Below, piece by piece: positions 58,488-64,000 of a stretch of DNA of 64,000 nucleotides; position 1 is the first letter of the stretch, and each line of letters starts with the position of its first letter. Both the position numbers and the translations under genes were made by a program. Location: NCBI GenBank assembly GCA_043228905.1, contig JBHGNT010000005.1, positions 11,842,001-11,906,000 on the forward strand, in the 5' to 3' direction. Source of the stretch: Azolla caroliniana (lineage: Eukaryota > Plantae > Polypodiophyta). Below the pieces are notes generated by a model that did no database searches, was not told the origin of the DNA, and saw only the letters and a program-made list of their open reading frames with translations.

Positions 58488-58668
58488 ATGGCGGCTCTCT
58501 CTATCTTCTTCTTCTGGCTTTGCTGCTTCGTCATCATCGATATCACGGCTTGCAAGGTTAAATCAGCTCCTCCTTCAACAGTAGTAGTGGTGGTGGGTGT
58601 ACCATGGTCACCTTCGCCAAGGGGAGGGGGAGGCGCATCATCTCGTCATCTCCTCCAAAGGCTAGCAA
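58488..58668 (+). CDS. LLG: LORELEI-like GPI-anchored protein, exon 1 (signal peptide, RHLLQ motif)
   Basis: Hydrophobic N-terminus, SRHLLQ, and a phase-1 donor A|GTAAGC at 58669. Confidence 0.8.
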
Positions 58669-58683
58669 GTAAGCCTAGCCTAG

Positions 58684-58685
<2 letters not shown>

Positions 58686-58713
<28 letters not shown>
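58686..58713. repeat. (TA)n microsatellite in the LLG intron
   Basis: Direct reading. Confidence 0.9.
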
Positions 58714-58716
<3 letters not shown>

Positions 58717-58799
58717 TAATTTCTCAGCCATAAGGAGGTGGGCAAGGACAGTCTCAGTGAATTGAAGTTTTTTTGAGACTTGTATGCATTGTTATGTAG

Positions 58800-59248
58800 G
58801 TTGTCAGATCGATTTCGCAACACAAAACTACACGATCCTCACGAGTCAATGCAAGGCACCCCTCTATCCCCCCAAGCAATGCTGCACGTCCTTCCTCGAC
58901 TTCTCATGTCCCTTTGCCGAGCAACTCGATGACAACACTACCGATTGCTCCGACCAAATGTTCCACTACATCCACACCTTTTATCCCGCCGGACTTTTTG
59001 CCAATGAGTGCTCCTCCTCGAGGGATGCCCATTCCTCCGATCAAGGATTGGATTGTCCCCACTACCTTAACATATCTGGCACTACATCAACCTCCACCAA
59101 CTCATCCTCCTCCTCCTCGATTTCAACACTCTCTCCATTTATTCCCTTTGTATCTCGAGGATCCTCAAATTTCGTTGGTGTTTTTTGGTGGATCATCATC
59201 ACCTATGTCATCATAACCTTCACAATGCCGTACATCTCTATATGTTAA
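58800..59248 (+). CDS. LLG: LORELEI-like GPI-anchored protein, exon 2 (spliced product 209 aa)
   Basis: Acceptor TGTAG|G keeps the phase. Eight-Cys LLG pattern C.IDF...NYTILTSQCK.P.YP...CC..F..F.CP....LDD....C...MF.YI...YP.GLFANEC...GLDC, Ser-rich linker and hydrophobic GPI tail. Confidence 0.88.
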
Positions 59249-59472
59249 ATTAGTGGCCACAATATTGAATTGGTTTTGTAGTGTACATCTTTATATGCTA
59301 AATTAGTGGCCACAATATTGAATTGGTTTTGTAATCTACATGTGTCTCGCTTAGGTTGCATCTCTTTATGTGATCAGACCCACCAATCCAAATTGTTCTA
59401 ATGATTTTATGAAGAGGTTTTTTTTCTCGCTATTTCTTGTGTTAAGTCACAAAAGAAAGTTGGGCGTATTAC

Positions 59473-60506
59473 TGTAAGAGTTATGTTTCAAAGTAACCAT
59501 ATGATAAGGATAACAAAGATATATTAATAAGACAGGAGAGAGCTGAAAGAACGGTGCCGATCCACCTGACCACCCCCCGAGCGAAGGAATCGAGACAGAC
59601 TCAAGCTACGATTGACGCCCTATACCACCGCTGTGGCATCGAGTCATACCCGGTGCTGGCGCGTTCGCTACAAGAGTTAACCCACCATAAGAACAAAGTC
59701 TCGACGTAGTCAAGAGATGATCAAATGAGGGTAGTTGGGCCTCATATTTATAGCCAAACCCAAGGCCCCAAGCAAGTTCACACTTGGCCTAATGGGTTGT
59801 CCCAATCCCAAGGATTAAAAGTAATCATTTCCTTCTTTACGCTTTCGTTTAACCCGCACACTTTATCCACGTGTATAGAATATTACGGTACATTCTCACC
59901 ACGGGATATTATATGGTCATGCCCGTAACATACTCCCCCTCTTTAAAACATTGCACTCTTGCAATGAAAAGTTAGAGAAGTTAGTTCTAATAGTATTTTC
60001 GCGTCCCCATGTGGCATATTTGATAGATTTATCCATTCGTTTAATTTTAAATTCTCGGATTATTTTAGAACGCAAATTTTTTGTTTTAACATTGAGCATT
60101 CTTTCTGGTACATGTGGTTTAGAATATAATTCTTTAGAAGTAACAAGAGTTTCAGTTGTAACTGTATTGTCACCAGAACCTAGAAGTTCTTTTAGATGAC
60201 TTACATGAAAAATTGGATGGATTTCAACGCCATAAGGAAGAGCGAGATGATAGGTTGATGAACCAATGCGTTTGAGGACTGTAAAAGGTCCACAAAACTA
60301 TGGGGCTAACTTAGCACACTTACCTGTAGACAATGTCTTAGAATTGTGAGGTACACGTAAAAATACCTTCTGTCCAGGGTTGAATACACGAGGTTGCCTA
60401 TAATTATGATCAGCATAAAAACACACTCTATCTTGAGTAGTTTTTATATTATCTCGTGCAATATGCAACATATCTTGCATATCCCGAAGAAAGTTTTGCG
60501 TACTTC
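59473..60506 (-). mobile_element. F-family chromovirus 3' end (integrase tail, chromodomain, 3' LTR 59473-59930)
   Basis: Reverse-complement homology to 32660-33683, with the PPT adjacent to 59930. Confidence 0.88.
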
Positions 60507-61209
60507 ATGGAAATAAACATAGGCCGTTTAAAAGAGTGTTCACACTTTGTTGTGGATGATTAATTAATGAGATTCAAAGAATGTAAGACTAAACAACAAA
60601 AATGTTTTGAGCTCGTTTGAGTTTTGTGGTTCCCTTCGTCGTGTTGCAAGGCATTTCTTCCATAGGCATGTTTCACTCGTCACCTTAATCAAGCTTTTAG
60701 GCGATTTTCAGAAACTTGATACACCAGTATCACATGTTTTAAATAGCATGTAAAATTTGTTGATTTTTTGAGATTTAAGAAGTTTCAAAATGATAATTTC
60801 TAAAATTGAGTAGTTTTTCAATAAATGTTTAAACGTTGATGGTTTGCAGATATGAAATGTAGTTAACTTAAAGAAAATCACAATGGTTAACTTAAGGCAC
60901 AAGTTAAGATTAATGGTTTCACCATCTTGAGTATAAGAGGTAACATTGTAATCCTTAATGCCATCATCTATAAATTTAGTGCTCATTAACATCCATAAAT
61001 TCACAACTAAAGAAATGTATACAATATTCATAAACAATTTTGATAAATCCATAACTCCTAAAATGTATATAATATTCATAAACTGGCAAAACTGCCAAAC
61101 TTAGATGTAAACATTAATATATCAATTTAAATATATCACATACTTATCAAGGTATCCACAATTCTCTCCTCTTCTTCATTTTGAGAGCTCCCCTACAAAA
61201 TTTGTGAAA

Positions 61210-62648
61210 TAAATGACATTTGCAAGGTTCAATTACCATCAACACAATTATTAATGGCTTTTTGTTAATCAAGGAAGTACATGTTCACCATAAGGTATCT
61301 TGTTGTCCAACATACTTCTTTACAACATCAATATGCATCTTTTACTCTTGTTAAAATAGAGATTTTAGTACAATTCGAGTTCATGTAAACCCTAAACCTC
61401 TTTTATTTGAAAAAAAGAAGATTTCTAAACATGAACTCTATACATAGTATTGAGTTAATGTAAAAAATAGAGTTTTCATCACAATTCCATACAATGTATC
61501 ACATTCATGTTCAAAGTTTTTTTTCCCGAATTAAAAAAATAAAAAAAATCAAACTTGACTTGATGAAAAAACCAGCTTTTTCACCACAATTCAGTACAAT
61601 GTACCTAGTTCACGTTTAAAGTAAATGTTTTCAAATTGTTTTTTATTTTTAAAATTTTTTTGTTTTTGGAAAAAAAAACTTTAAACATGAATCGATACAT
61701 TGTATCGACTTGTGATGAAAACTCTGGTTTTTTCATCACTTCAACTTTTCTTTTCTTTTTTAAAAACCAAAAAGACCCAAAATAAATAGAAAAAAAACCA
61801 AATTTGTTTTTTTTTAAACCGCGAAAAGAAAAAACTTTAAACATGAACTCGATACATTGCATCGAATTCATGTCAAAAAGTCAGCTTTTTGACACAAACT
61901 GTGTCGAAAAGCTGACTTTTTGACATGAATTGGATGCAATGTATCGAGTTCGTGTTTAAATGTTTTAAACACAAACTGGATACATTGTATCCAGTTCATG
62001 TCAAAAAGCTGAGTTTTTCAACATGAACCCGATACATTGTATCGGGTTCATGTTTAAAGTTTTTTTTTTCTATTTATTTTGGGTCTTTTTGTTTTTTTTT
62101 TAAAATTTGAAGTGATGAAAAAACTAGAGTTTTCATCAGAAGTCGATACAATGTATTGAATTCATGTTTAAAGTTTTTTTTTTTCCAAAACAAAATTGAA
62201 AAAAAAAATGAAAACAATTTTAAAAAATTACTTTAAACATGAACTCTATACATTGTATTGAATTGTGGTGAAAAAACTGGTTTTTTCATCAATTCAAGCT
62301 CCTTTTTTTATTTTTATTTTTTTTAAATCCGAGAAAAAAACTTTGAACATGAATTTGATACATTGTATGTAATTGTGATCAAAACTCTGTTTTTTACATC
62401 AACTCGATATAATGTATGGAGTTCATGTTTAGAAATCTTCTTTGTTTTCTAATAAACGAGGTTTAGGGTTTATAGGAACTCGAATTGTACTAAAATCTCT
62501 GTTTTTACAAGAGAAAAAGATGCATATTGATACTACAAAGAAGTATGTTGCACAACAAGACACCTTATGGTGAACATGTGCTTCATTGATTAACAAAAAA
62601 CCATTAATAATTGTGTTGATGGTAATTGAACATTGCAAATGCCATTTA
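61210..62648. repeat. 1.44-kb imperfect foldback built from nested palindromes (AACATGAACTCGATACA-T-TGTATCGAGTTCATGTT-type units)
   Basis: taaatgacatttgcaa...caattaccatcaacacaattattaatgg at the left is mirrored by ccattaataattgtgttgatggtaattg...ttgcaaatgccattta at the right. The arms pair inward to ~61900-61990. Confidence 0.9.
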
Positions 62649-63139
62649 CATGGTCTATAAAATATTCTCGTGGTTCTTAATCACCACTTCAAGCACTTAA
62701 TGTTGATCTCATAGTTTGGTTCATCTACAACAGAGAAACATTTATCGATTACATAGTATATCACGAAATAGTTTTTTGAGAATACCTGTTCCTCCTATCT
62801 TCCGTACAGGGGTAACCAAGCTTTCGTCAATCATCGACCAATCAGCTATCGCTGTTTGATGAGGGGATATTCAAAACAAAAAAATTAAAGCAATTTTCTG
62901 AACTGGAGGTATAAAAAAATTTCTTAAAGCAAAGTTACTTTTCGTATTTGGCCAAATTTTGACCTTTTTCAATTTTACCAAATGGTGAAAATTTTAGCTT
63001 TTTCATCAAGTTTTTGAGAACATGTGATACTGGTATCAAGGTGTTTTGTGAAATGGCCAAAAAAGCCCCAAAATCAGACCAAATATTCCTTATCCTTCCA
63101 TTTGTACGTGATCCTTCCACTTGTGAACGTGAACGTGTT

Positions 63140-64000
63140 AAAAAGGTTTTTGTCGCTTACAATCGTGATCCATGAATTCATTGGGTATCTTGCATTTCCT
63201 AGGGTATTGCAACTGCCAAGCGCTTCATTGGGTTTGTTATGGTCCTTCTTCGAAGTGCGTTGATAGCGAAGAACTATTTCAATGGCCTCTTCGAAGGATT
63301 TGGGATCCTTATCATGCACTATCTAGTGATAGTCCGAATCGGGGATGCCATTGACAAAACAAGCTATCAACCAATTGTCCCCTTCTAGACCCGATTTTCA
63401 GATTTGGGTTCTAGCATGGTGAACATAGTCTTCTAACGAGGAAAATTTCCGGCTAGAGAGGTTCATTAACGCTTGTGCTGCCTTGGTTCGAGATGCAGGT
63501 TGTAGAAATTAGCCCTTAAAATTTGTGACAAAGTTTGTCCAGAAATTGGCCCTTAAAATTTCCCCGTAGTGTGGAGCCCACACAACCAGGCAACAACCTT
63601 ACCCCCTAGTTCCTGACCAACATATGCAATCTTCGTACTATCTGGCTTGGAATAGAGCTCAAAATGAGACTCCCATCGGCCCAACCACGTGTAGATTGCT
63701 TTTTCGGTTCTTTCCTTTCTTTCTCCCGTAAATGGCTTTACGACAAATGATGGTTTTCTTTGACGCTCATTGGGTTTATTAGTATCATGTTGTAAACTAA
63801 TGACATGTGCCTCGAGAGCAGTATGAGATTGCCGAAGTTAGGAAATCTCATGCAAGGTAGAATTAAGGAAATTTTGTATTTGTAAAAAAAATGACTCAAT
63901 GGGGATTGACCCAGGAGGATTTCCTTGAATTCCTTCCGCTTGGGTGGATGACATCGGGTCATTATTATGAGCCATTGAATGATAATTTTTGGCATAGAAA
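63140..64000 (-). mobile_element. F-family gag remnant (5' part of the same element as 59473-60506; pol deleted/replaced); continues beyond window
   Basis: MHDKDPKSFEE.IEIVLRYQ matches 29460-29690, and homology to 28790-29645. Confidence 0.88.

Noticed and set aside
60708-61079. 123-aa minus-strand ORF as a host gene
   Set aside because: AT-rich with no recognisable domain. At most a decayed exon of the unclassified element.

Overview
Eukaryotic nuclear DNA from a land plant. It is most likely a non-seed plant such as a leptosporangiate fern; I infer this from Tcn1-like and Phygy/Selgy-like retroelements and an intron-containing mitochondrial rrnL fragment. About 1-51.4 kb is a deeply nested pile of LTR retrotransposons, most of which resolve by LTR pairs and target-site duplications (TSDs). 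A Tork/Tnt1-like Copia (4025-24976) hosts a Gypsy (7435-23613). That Gypsy hosts a small non-autonomous LTR element (7657-9259), a Tcn1-like chromovirus (10050-15693) and a 1.17-kb mitochondrial rrnL plus group I intron insertion flanked by a 309-bp duplication. A second Copia (25748-37775) hosts a chromovirus and a solo LTR. A young Tcn1-like element (38536-43828) and a Gypsy-gag/Copia-RT deletion chimera follow. A putative Sola-like DNA transposon with a palindromic satellite sits at about 1.4-4.0 kb. Two host genes are present: an A20/AN1 zinc-finger stress-associated protein (54328-54861) and a two-exon LORELEI-like GPI-anchored protein (58488-59248). The window ends in a deleted chromovirus containing a 1.44-kb foldback. 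The most interesting signals are antisense tRNA-like (A-box/B-box) modules in the LTRs of several Gypsy families, self-priming sites with a compensatory change, a covarying PEG10-type -1 frameshift cassette, the NUMT and the Sola-like element. All alignments were done by eye and no database searches were run.
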